The position numbers and the translations under genes were made by a program. DNA of 64,000 nucleotides from Hydrolagus affinis (taxonomy: Eukaryota), in the NCBI GenBank assembly GCA_012026655.1, contig JAAILG010000019.1, forward strand, positions 1 through 64,000. The letters run 5' to 3'. Below are positions 1 to 11,565 of this stretch, piece after piece. The notes under the pieces were generated by a model. The model was not told the DNA's origin. It made no database searches and saw only the letters and a program-made list of their open reading frames with translations. The number at the start of each line of letters is the position of its first letter. Position 1 is the first letter of the stretch.

Positions 1-80
1 AGGAAGAGAGGGAGAGAGACACAGAGACACACAGACAGAAAAACACAGAGATGGAGAGGGTGAGAGACACAGAGAGAGAA
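1..80. repeat. GA/CA-rich low-complexity microsatellite
   Basis: Runs of gaga/gacaca seen directly. Confidence 0.8.
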
Positions 81-106
81 ATATATTTACCTCCTGAGAA
101 GATAGG

Positions 107-174
107 CCCCGAATGCGCGCGCACCCGGGATGCGCGCGCACCCGGAATGCGCGCGCAGTCCGAATGCGCGCACA
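107..174. repeat. Four tandem copies of a 17-bp CpG-rich unit (cccggaatgcgcgcgca-like)
   Basis: Units at 107-123, 124-140, 141-157 and 158-174. Confidence 0.9.
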
Positions 175-266
175 TGAGCAGTACGAAAAAATCGATATTT
201 CGGTATATCTCGATATGAGCCCATTGATATATTTAATCGGGAAAATATCCATATCGACGTTCCCTA
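107..266. mobile_element. Probable terminus of a non-autonomous hAT-type DNA transposon (other end outside window)
   Basis: Ends ...atatcgacgttcccta (TAGGG-type terminus on minus) with repeated subterminal cgatat/atatcg motifs; CpG-rich against the background. Confidence 0.45.
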
Positions 267-489
267 GCTGATAGTAGTCTGCAGTGTTTGGCTTTAATAT
301 ATGTTTTACCATGAGAACATAATATTTCCTCATATCTGCTTTGGAACTGTTTTTGTTCTGTAACAGAAGTGTGAGAAATATCTTACAAAATCATACAATT
401 ACTTATTTTGTGAACATAACGTTGGTTACGGGCAATCCACAGGGATGCACAACAGTTAACCTGGTTCGTTTGAAGCACTTAGAGCACTT

Positions 490-885
490 TGAAGCACTCT
501 TGCCTCTGAGTGACTGGGTTCAAGTTCCATGTTGGGACTTTGAGCTCATAGTCCAGGCTGATACTGCAATGCAGTGCTGAAGAGAGTTGCAACAACAACA
601 TCAAAAATATATTTGTAATGTGCCTTTCACATCTGGAGGACATCTCAAGGCGCTGTCAGTGTTGCATTGTCAGTGTTGCTGTCCTTCGGATGAGACATTA
701 AACTGAGGTCACGTTTGCCTGCTCAGGTTAACATTAAAGATCTCATAGCTTTTTGTGGGATGTTGCTGGGTGCAAATTGGCTGTTGGTTTTGCCTACAAA
801 ATATACAGTCACTTCACTTTACAGTAATTCATGTGAAGTGCTTTGAGACATCTCGATGACATGATCAGGCAAGGATTATTATTAA
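490..885 (+). mobile_element. Deu-domain tRNA-derived SINE (DeuSINE/SacSINE1-like) with a nested minus-strand L2 3' tail (~592-660)
   Basis: tRNA-like head (gcactcttgcctctgag..gggttcaagt), Deu core gtccttcggatgagacattaaactgagg, tail aatatacagtca..gtgaagtgctttgagac..ggattattatt; insert flanked by gttgca. Confidence 0.75.
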
Positions 886-2361
886 CCTCAATTTACTGCA
901 GGTAGGAGGCTATGTTCTTGGCTAATTTCTTTACAGCACAGCAGTAAATGGACCGAAGCTCAAGGCAGGTGACTGTTGGTTAAGATGTACACATCTGAAA
1001 CTTTAAAATAAATAAGAATTCTCCTTTAAGAAAAGTAGACATAGATGGAAATGCATTGCGCCATAAATTGAATAATACACTCCAAGGCCATATTTGGCAA
1101 TAAATAGATGTAGGATTTATCATCCATCTTATTTAAAATTCAGAAATGTTAAAGGTATTCTACTCTCTTATTATAGAAATAATGGAATTCTACCTATTAC
1201 AGACTTATGGTAATTTAAAATATTGAAAAAATGCAATATATCAACAAATACAATATCTCTATAAAATGCCTTCCTGCTGATGTATAACTTAATACGTTTT
1301 GCAAAGGAATCAAATAATCGTTTTGTAAGCCTTCATTTTGCAGCTGGCTTATGTGGATTGAGAGTTAGTTACCAGGATAATTCTTTGCACACTACAGCCA
1401 ATAATCCAAATACATACTGCTGATTGAGCTTCCTTGCTTCAGTCCTATCATATAAAACATTGTGTGATCTATTAATTTTATTTTACATAAACTTCGTGCA
1501 TGTGCATTGAATTTGGTGATTGTTTCACTCTTAGTACTGATACTCAGTTCATTTCTCGTCCAGTGACCTTATCTGAATGATGATTGAAGTGTTGTACTTT
1601 AAATTTGCAATCCAATCATGATTGTGCTTGTAGATTATTTTAGTTACAAAACCTAGTGTAACTTGATTTTCAAAGGTATCTGCATAATTTTTTTAGTCTA
1701 GGTTTACCTTAACAAAATGGGGCCGATTTTATTTCTCATAACAAATTGGTTGCATTTTTTGTTTTAAGAAATAAATACTGTACTCATAGTTGTCTCAATA
1801 ATGTGACAATTTCAAGCAATCAATTTTAAGGGATATTTGGAAAAAATGCAACAATTCAATTAGCAATGAATAATGATTTGACTACTCCAATAGAGATACA
1901 ATTCAACCAAGTGAAAATAAACACAATGCATGCCTTTGAATTTTTCTTTGATAGTTGGCAGCTGAATACAGCATTCTAAAACTCTGGCAGAGATAATTTC
2001 TCTCCCTGTGTGGAATCATTAACCAATTGTAATAAGTGCTGGTCATTCTTTCATTCCAGAGAAATAACTTGTTCTTGATTTAACAGAATAAAGTTATTAT
2101 GGAGAAACTTTTCAAGGAACTCTCACACTCTGATTCATTTACTGGAGCAATAACATGTTTATCAATTAAATTAGTATGCCTCTGTTGGTTTGATTAACCC
2201 TGCAACAGGCCCAATAACAACAATTGTGTATGCTTTATTTGGTGAGTTGGCATCATGTATTTGTAGAAGCGTTCATTTTTATTATGCCAAATTGTTTTAA
2301 GCATATGGGACTGAATTATACAAGATTTTAATTGTCACTAATTTTAATTATTTTCCTTTAG

Positions 2362-2577
2362 TCACTGTGTTCTGAAATTAAACAACGACGGCGTGGGATA
2401 ATATCCGTCCTGCGTTTATGCCAACGCCTCCTTGATGACACAGATGCCTGCTGTTTGGATGCTGATCGCCAGTCAATGCAACTTATTATTGTGAACCTGG
2501 AGAGAAGATGGGAAGCGATTATCATGCAAGCAGTGCAATGGCAGAACAGACTGCAAAGGCAACTAGGGAAAGAAAAG
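2362..2577 (+). CDS. AKAP6: AKAP6 (mAKAP) internal exon, end of spectrin-repeat region
   Basis: tttag|TCA...AAG|gtaata, 216 nt, phase 0/0; SLCSEIKQRRRGIISVLRLCQRLLDD...MQLIIVNLERRWEAIIMQAVQWQNRLQRQLGKEK closely matches recalled vertebrate AKAP6. Confidence 0.95.
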
Positions 2578-4989
2578 GTAATAATTCACTGCATAACAAT
2601 AGAGTGTAACAAATGCACCCAAGGTTTATTTTTTTTTCCCCTCACCAATATGACTGTGATTCATATATGACCCTTGCTGCTATTGGGGGTGATTTTGTGT
2701 GTGTGCATGTGTGTGTGTGTTGGTGGGGTGGTGGGATTATACCTGGACTAAATCTTTTCCTCACCTGACAACTGCATACATTAACCGACCTTCCAGCAGT
2801 GGTCACTGGACAACATTTGGTACCTGAGGTCCTGGCCAATTTTCCACTTATTGAAGCCAGTTGTAGATGTGAATTATTTTTAAAGTCATGCTTCTAGTTC
2901 TGCTTTAATAATCAAAGTTAAATGGCAAGCTTACATGTTCAATATAAATTCTAAAATAAATAGTCATTGAAATAAATTAAAATAGGAATAAGAAGAAATT
3001 ATAAATTTTTATTGTTAAAAAATGCCTTCCAGCCTTCTTTCCCCCATGAGATCAGGTTTACTGTCTGAAATTCTCCTCATAGAAGAGCTCTGAGATGTCA
3101 CCAAACCCAATTTCTCCATTCAGAGCAGTTTTCAGGAACTTGCATTTCATTTATACCATCCACACCTGCTGCCAAATGATTAACTTGGTGGTACAGCACA
3201 ACCTGTCAATTCCTCCAAACAGATGGGTCATTAAGGCCTTCTACCCGCTTAATACATTCCAGTGGTTTTACTAGTTTCTGTGTAGGCTGTTGGGTCAGAT
3301 GCCAAAAAGCATTATGCTCTCTTCAGACCCCGAGGATATCTTTAAGGGTCTTTTCAAGGGCATTGCTACTTGTCCACGTTACCAGACCCCATTGTCTTTC
3401 TTTTCATACATGAAAACATTCACCATTACTGAAGAGGGAGAACAGCCAGAAGAGTTTCCAGCAGTATCATCAAAAAATCAATACAGTTATTTGCAGTACA
3501 ATGTTTTTTGTTGTGAATTGCATTATCATCTGTGTTTTTGACAAACAAATACAAAATAAGTTTTTGGAACACACATTCTTTTGTTCAGACATCTTTAAAA
3601 GATGTAACCAGCATACTCAGACATTTTTTTTGAAAAGACTCTAGAGTTTAGATCCAGGTTTATTTTTTTGTGTTTGAAAGTACCTGTGTACAAACTCACC
3701 AATGTGAAATCATATCTGTGATCTCAACTTTACCCAGCGGAAATTTTGATGGTGCTGAATAGCCTATCACCACAATTAGAGACAATACGTTTTTTCTAAG
3801 CTATTGCTGTCTAAAGGGACTTATTTGATGTACATATTCATTTCAATTTAACTTTTTTTTCAAAGGACAAATATGTGGATGTTTGATGATAACTTCAGAC
3901 AAACAACATTACAAATAATATCACTGCTTTAATTTGTTTTGCTGCAGGTTTATTTAAACAATTAATCTCTAAACACTTCAAACTTCTAACATCTGATAGC
4001 ACATATATAGGTGTGCAAAATAATTATTACAGTATTATTTCTCATATTTTCTTACTGTAATCTATTCCTTTGCTCTTTAAAACATACTACTTATGTAAAT
4101 AGCTGCAGTAGTTACATTATTTATTGCTTGTTTCACACAGAATGCAAGGTCAGCAGGAACATCGTAGAAAAAAAGTAATGTTTTATTTGATTAAACTGAT
4201 TGATTGAACTAACAGTTGTGCCTTTTATCATGCAGTAACAAACCAAGTTAGTCATTACTGTTTCCTTTATCAGCATGCAAATAATAAAACTCAATCTAAT
4301 AAAAATTCATTAAGGTAGATGTAGAACATACCTAAGCAATTGTTAAATTCTCTATTATCTCAGATTTACAGTCTTCGCATGGTCATGAGTAGACCTTTTT
4401 GCTGTGAATAAACTGAAAAATCAAATAAACCATTTAACTACTTCCCTAACCATTCTTTCCGAAATACTAGAATTTTGTTGTATTTTCCAAATTAAAATAA
4501 GTTGCTTATTGATATTAATCCTGAATGTTAACTTGGTCCCAGGCCCCATACTTATTTTATTATAAACTCATATTGTATTGCATAACAAAATAATGTTATT
4601 CTGTGTTTCAATTTATTCAACTATCTTTTTTTCCAACAATTTCATACATTAAGTGAGTCAGTCAGGATTGCAGAGATGTTTGATTCTCTTTGAGTATACA
4701 TTGGGATTGAAATATTTCTGTTATTAATTGGTCATTCAATATTTTTTATTAATACTTCCCTCCAGTCACCCCCAAACCACTGATGCATTGTTGTGTTGTA
4801 GTTTCACAAGTGCTGAGTATTCTCTCATACCTCACCAATTAAGCAGCAAACAGTCATGGATTGAGTGATCAAATTCTTCTTATTTAAAAAAATTATTTAT
4901 TGTTTTGAAGGGATTTTTATTCCTGGAAAAGTGATCCACCAATCGCCTAATAATCAGGTCCTACTTACTGCTAGGTAAACAGAGGCATA

Positions 4990-5077
4990 TGGAGTTAGGA
5001 AACTTGCCCATGGTTTCGCCCTGCCTGGGATTCAAACCCAGGTCCTCTCTCTCTTGTGAGGCAAGTGCTCTACTCCA
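4990..5077 (-). mobile_element. 5' tRNA-like head fragment of the short SINE family
   Basis: Reverse complement resembles the 5' ends of the SINE copies at 28830, 36771 and 58188 (gggcaagtttcct..ctcc). Confidence 0.7.
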
Positions 5078-5137
5078 TATAGTAAAGGAATACAACAATT
5101 TCATCAACTCTAAATCTGAATTTTTGATCTTTTATAG

Positions 5138-8100
5138 ATCTCTTTAAGCTGCATTGAACCAGGTTCAATGGATTTAAACATCTTTGGTGAAGATTCATTG
5201 GAATGGGATGAGACTGACATGAGTAATAACCTAATTGGTATCCAAGATGAGCTACCTGACCTTGCATGTGAACAAAATAGCACACCACAATTATCACCTG
5301 AACCTTTGGAAAGTATTGCTGATGAATTCATGCTCGATCGATATAGCAGTGGCCCTGGTGAATCACTGTATAGTCCTGGTGAAGCTCCTTTCTCGTCAGG
5401 TGCACACTTCTATCAAACCTACAATCTGCAGAATGTACAGTTCTATGGAAGAGATCGGATGACATGTTTCAAAAATATCCCAGAACTTCCCACCTCAAAG
5501 TATCCAAACAGTTTAGTCAGGAGTAAAAGTAAAGATTCATCATTCTCATCCACCGACTCGTTACCAGATCTATTAGGGGACTTGACACCAGTCAAAGAAG
5601 ACATACCAACATCACAAGGGCCTTCTGAGAGTGAGAGTGGAATTGTCAGTGAGGGTGATACAGAAACTACAACAAACTCTGAAACCTCTCTTCCAAATCA
5701 AGTTGATGAATCTCAGATTCACAGCACTCCTAAACCTCTGCACCCACTGATAGAGTTAAAACATAAGGATTGTCTGATTAGATCGTGCATTTGTAAAAGA
5801 CAGGGTTCTGTCGAAAAAAAGGAAGGAATGAATTCAACAATAAAACAAAGAACAAAGAATGAAGTTGAATCAACAAAAAATCTTCAGTCACTGTCTATGA
5901 GTAATGAAGGAAATTTACAGCCCCTTGATATTAATAAAATCACTCCAAAGGGTATTTCAAATGATCTAGAGGCACAATATGATGTATTTACATTTTATGA
6001 CTATTCTTATCTGCAGGGCCCTGAGCTTGAGTTAACTATGACTATAACTCACTCACCTGAAGAAAAAGCTACAGATGGCAGTATGTCCTCCAAGCCACAT
6101 TCTGCTGAATATATTTGTAAAAATAAACTAACAGCTCCAGAATCTAAACCAGACTGTAGCAAACCAGAAAGGAGTGCACCAGCGGTATCGGTAGGCAATC
6201 CTAAAACCTATTATAGTAAAGTACCTGATGTCAGAGTATCTCTAGATGTTACAAATGATAAAGAATTTACATTTTTGTCTCAGGGGTCATCAGTGGAATC
6301 ATTCTCCATTGCTGGTGATATATTCCAACTTGGACCCAGCAGCTATAAAAATGAATGTCTTCAACGCAGTGCTTCCTTAGAGAGCTGGACCATTCCATAC
6401 AAAGGCACAGAAGAGTTATTCAGTCATCATGGGTCAGGAGACATCAGTATGGGTAGTGATTCCGTAGGGGAGCTAAGTAAGAGGACATTAGATCTTTTGA
6501 AACGATTAGAAAACATCCAAACTCCAGTAAGTCCGAAAATGAAACGCAGCATTTCTGACATCACACTGCAGAGTAACTCCCAAAAAATGTCGTTCACTGG
6601 CCAGCTGTCACTTGATGCTGCATCATCTGTCAATGAAGATTCTGCTGCTTCCCTGACAGAACTAAGCAGCAGTGAGGAGCTCTCTTTGTGTTCTGAAGAC
6701 ATAGTTGTTCATAAAAATGAAATTTTAGATTCCAATGCATTGTTCAAAAAACATACCAATCACTCAGTGACTGACGAAGCTGATGTCAATATAAGTATGA
6801 TTGTCAACGTGTCCTGTACTTCTGCTTGTACAGATGAAGAAGATGATAGTGATTTGCTTTCCAGTTCAACCCTTACGCTAACTGAAGAAGAACTGCACAT
6901 CAAAGATGATGATGACTCCAGCATTGCCACAGATGATGAGATTACTGAAGAAAGTAATAACATTTTAGACGGAAACTATATGAAAAGTGAATTTCATCAG
7001 TGGCTTAAACCAAACTTTTCTGTCACAAAGGAAAAGAAAAAATTGGATCCAGGTGAAAGAGTTCAGTGCAGGAAAGAGTCAAGTACTGGGTTATCCACTC
7101 TCAAACATATTTCGAGTCTTTATCCATTTTTAAACAATTCTGGACTGATGCTGCCAGAGTGTAAAGAAAAGGCAAAGAGCACCTCACTCTGTCACAGAGA
7201 GAGACATTTTAAACAAACCAGTATGGCCCCTGTGAAACATTTCTGTACTGACAATTTAAGTGATGATGTAGAGAATGGCAATGTGGCAAAATGTCCACTA
7301 AAGAGCAAGAAAGAACTAAGAGTTTTAGACAGCAAAAGATTTTATGAAAAGGAAGAATATACTAGCAAGACCCACAATACAAAATGCTCGAAATTTGAAT
7401 TCTCTAGTCGACCAGGGCAACAAAAAAAAGATATTTCTAACACCTCGTACATTCCAGCCCAGTTTCCCACACAATCTCCACAAAGGAATGAATGTCATGC
7501 ATGTTTTGAAGACAACGGGAGTGTGAAGCAAGTTTTACCTTTGCTTGCTTTTGATTCTGATGATGAGATGATTTTCTCAGGGAAGCCTCTAAAATATGAT
7601 GTTGGTGTGTTAGATGAGAAAATAGCTCCAACATGTGAAAATAAGCGAAAATGCCAACATCACAACACTAGTGCAGAATTACTGTATAATTGCCAAGGTG
7701 ATGAATATATTACCAATGAGGTTTCAGCTGAAAAATCTGATGCTATTTTGTGCTCATCTCATCATAAATGTGAAAATAAACAGTTGGAAGAAGCTAACAA
7801 AGATGATACAAACATGTTTTCAAGTTGTATCTGCCATTCTGATATGCCTCAGACTATCGATGGCGAAGAAGACAGTTCAGTTCACAACTTTGTGATGGAG
7901 ATAATTGATATGGCATCATCAGCACTGAAAAACATCTCACAGCATGACTCTGACATCACCAGCCCAACATCAGTGGCTCAGATTAAGGAAAAAGTGTTAG
8001 AACATTCTCACCGACCTTTGCAGCTACGAAAAGGGGACTTTTATTCTTATTTGTCCATCTCATCACATGACAGTGACTGTGGTGAGGTGAACACTTGTAT

Positions 8101-8899
8101 AGATGAGAAAAGCACCACTCCACTTCCTTTGGATTTCAGTGATGAGTTCAGACCAGATAACAATGCTGAGGACGGAGCCTTTCTTGATGAAGATTTTGAA
8201 GAAAAATTTTCTGATCATCCCTGTGTATTTAGTTTTGCACTTCAAAAAGAGGCAGTTTTAGATAGAACACCATATTCTTTGACCCAACCCGTATCATTTT
8301 CTGACAGGAAAACATTGTCACTGCCAAATGACAGACTGGAAGTAATAGTGCCAAAAGTTATTCATGCAACACCAAATGATCAGAAGATATTGTGTGAAGG
8401 AAATCTAATTAAAACAAACAAAATTAGTCGTAACATAAAAACACTTTTAGGCCTCACTGGTCAAGTAGATCATAAATCTGAAGACAGTATTGTTCCCTCT
8501 CTAGAGTGCCATATTGAGGCTCCATACATAAATCCTTTGCTGCTTGAAAATCAGATGGACAATACTGAGTGTTCATCAGATGATGAATCAATTTTTTCTA
8601 CATGTAAAATTGAAATGCCTGAACCCAACTATAGTCAATCAAATATTGAAGAAACTGAAAACCGTAAGTCAGTGAAACAGCCTCACGAAATGAGAAGTAA
8701 TCTCGTGAAGGACACACAACTAAATGATAGTCATTTTGAAAAAACTGGAGACAATCTGTTTATTAGCACTAAAATCCAATTCCCACAACATGGATATCCT
8801 GAGTATGAAAATTGCGAAGATATGGAATGTGAAATGGAAGACACGCTTTACAAGAAAGAGAAAAATGGCGATTGTGGGTTTGACTTGTCTCAAGAAGAG
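5138..8899 (+). CDS. AKAP6: AKAP6 giant exon (1254 codons): LEWD motif, Ser/acid-rich conserved block, PKA-RII amphipathic helix
   Basis: tttatag|ATC acceptor in frame with ORF 5168..8920; GAG|gtaagt donor after 8899; AKAP6 hallmarks SESESGIVSEGDTE, ELSKRTLDLLKRLENIQ, HNFVMEIIDMASSALK, IKEKVLEHSHRPLQLRKGDFYSYLS. Confidence 0.95.
5198..5209 (+). other. AKAP6: LEWD W-acidic motif (kinesin light-chain-binding type, as in nesprins)
   Basis: ttg gaa tgg gat within EDSLEWDETD. Confidence 0.7.
7880..7933 (+). other. AKAP6: PKA RII-binding amphipathic helix
   Basis: VHNFVMEIIDMASSALKN vs recalled human HNFVKEIIDMASTALKS. Confidence 0.85.
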
Positions 8900-9768
8900 G
8901 TAAGTTATATGATCCATTAGATCCACCATTCAGAAATTGTTATATACTAATTCTCTATTGTGCATCTGTCTTTGCCATAACTAAAATGGAAACAGAAGAA
9001 TTAAAATAGTTATTTTAAATTGGAACCACATCGAAACTTAAATTGGAGAGTGCCTCAAATTAGTCTTTTTCAAACAATGTATTTATTCTCAGTTGTAATT
9101 GTTATAGAATATGAAATGGGATAATATTAATATCTGATGATCTAATGCAAGTCATTTATTCTAAATACCATTTAGTTAAGTATTGCTTTGAAACACAAGC
9201 ATGTTTTGTTTGTCTAAGCAGAATGAATGATTGAATGAAGTTAGCATTTTAATCCCATATTTCATATAAAGACATAGATAGCATGAACCTTTGTAAAAAT
9301 TTAAGATGTCACTTGACAGTTCCTATCTGTTTCTGTCTTTCTTGTTGTCTCTAAGAGCTGGTCATTTCTAGAATTACTCTCTTAATATTGACAAAGTGCA
9401 GATAACATAAAAGTCCACACCTACAAAACAATGACATGACTAAAACAATTCACAATGAATTTAATGGATTAAGATGCTTGACATTTTGTAGGCTATTAAA
9501 AGACTTAACATGGATTAGCAGCATTGTGTATTTAATAAAAAGATTATGGATATTCCCTGTGAATCCTATGATAGTAAGACATTCAAGAGTACGGTCAAAG
9601 AATACTGGTCATGTGTATAAAGAAGATTTACTATGATTGATGGCTTTTATGATGCTGTATAGCTTAACTAAGTGTTATTGAAACTAAGGTTGTGTTTATG
9701 TTTCATTTTTTATTTTGCTATTGGTGGAACCAGAGTAACAAATAATAATACACTTTTCTGATTTGCAG

Positions 9769-9909
9769 ATTCCTAGCTCTTCAAAATTTATAACAGGGAA
9801 ATCCAAGAAAGCTAAGAACAGCAGAACCACTGGTGATAACCTTACCGTTTGTGCTTCCCATCATAGTGAATCTCTGCATGACTCTCATGCTGCAAGATCT
9901 GTGCCCAAG
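9769..9909 (+). CDS. AKAP6: Predicted additional AKAP6 exon (47 aa, IPSSSKFITGK...AARSVPK)
   Basis: cttttctgatttgcag|ATT acceptor, open in phase 0 for 141 nt, AAG|gtatag donor (moderately weak). Confidence 0.6.
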
Positions 9910-10661
9910 GTATAGATGTGAGTTGAACAAACATTCTTTCTAAAAATGTGAATATTCAGTTGATTAAGAAATCCTGCACATTTGTCAGATGAGTTCAACA
10001 TTCTCTAAGGAATCAATGCTCTTTGGAATCAGAAAATGGCTGTATACACAGCCAATTTCACAGTTTTTTCACCATGATTGTAAAAGCCATATCTAAAATG
10101 GCAGTCTACATGGTCGGATGATTGGTTTATAATCTACCCTAGGTAAAACTACATTGTTTATATACAAATTTCCGGAATAGATAGATTAAATAACTAGTAC
10201 TGTAAAAAGATATTACTGGTGATTGGCTTTCTTTTCTGATGCAACTGCCTTAGCATCCCACAGTTTGAAGATAATATGATTTTGGGAAAGGAATGTGCAA
10301 CTCAGCACTCCCAATTCCTCCTTTCCAACAAGCTGCCTTGAAAAACAAGAATGAATTTGTATCTGGTGTAAAACAATAAGCCTTTAGTTGTTGTCACCTT
10401 GCAAAACTGCCAGTGGACAATGGAAATCTATCTCATTATGATCAGTGTGTACACTATTCTGCTTCTGTATTAAGTTTTTTAAAATATATAATTCACAAAT
10501 TCCTTATGAATAGTTGCTCTTTGAATAACTAAGCCAAAATCTATTTAATATATAGAGTAATCTTTATAAATTACTTCCTGTACCGCTTTGTTGCTTTCTG
10601 GATTCATTGCTTACAGCTCTTCTTTTACTTTTATATGTCATGTTTTTTTATATAAATGTAG

Positions 10662-10696
10662 AGGTCAGTAGCAGAAAAGCAAGATCAAAGGCAAAG
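10662..10696 (+). CDS. AKAP6: Predicted 35-nt AKAP6 microexon (RSVAEKQDQRQ+AG), phase 0 to 2
   Basis: T-rich tract, tgtag|AGG...AAAG|gtaact; purine-rich; exit phase matches the phase-2 acceptor at 11566. Confidence 0.55.
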
Positions 10697-11565
10697 GTAA
10701 CTAGCTAGATCCAGATATTTGTGCCTAATTTGGAAGGCGAATACATGCATGTCTGGAGTGCTTCCTAGAAGCTGTAGAAGAGATGTACTTTGCGTTAATC
10801 TCTTCGGCTGTATTCTGACAGTCATTTCTTCATAATCCTCATCACAAGCTCCTGCACTTTGCTGCATGGTTTAATTATCCCAGACTGACTCCTCACTGTG
10901 GAAATCAAACCCTATGGCTGGCCAGATGTTATTGCTTTCTTGCTGCCAGATATAGAAAAAACCTGAAGTTTAACATATAAATATATACAGAGTGGATATG
11001 AAATAAATTAATTTGGAAGTGCCTATAATAAATATATTTGGTCGCTACATTTAGGTCACTTACTTTATAAATAGTTTTAATAACTTCAGGTTTTTATAAT
11101 CATTTGGGGCCCAATGATTGCCGCTTTATGTATCCATTATCACTGGGCTTGCTTCAATCAATGTTGTTTTCATGTTGACATATGTAGCTGAGGGTGTTGT
11201 CTGCATATTGAAGCTCACAGATGAGGATGAATACATGAAGAAAGGTCACACATGACAGTTTACCAACTTCTCTAGTGAAGTTATTATTAAAAATTGATAA
11301 AGGCCTGAACAATAATTCAATACTATTGTAATTTATTTTTCCACACAATTTTACTGTCATTTCTTCTTTCAATATAATGTTTTGGGGCACATGCTTATAA
11401 ATAGCTCAAGTAGTTGTTTACTAGTAATCCTAGAATTCTGCTAAATAATGTAATCCTGTTTTTAAATATTTGTAATATTACCAATATAGAATGCTGACAA
11501 AGTAATGGTTTATTATTCTGTATTGTCCCTGACTACAACATGAATTTGTCTTTCTTTCCCTTCAG

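Noticed and set aside
6427-6963. Ser-rich antisense ORFs
   Set aside because: Shadow frames of the AKAP6 exon
5168-8920. 1250-aa single-exon gene
   Set aside because: It is an internal AKAP6 exon with acceptor at 5138 and donor after 8899; the ATG is internal
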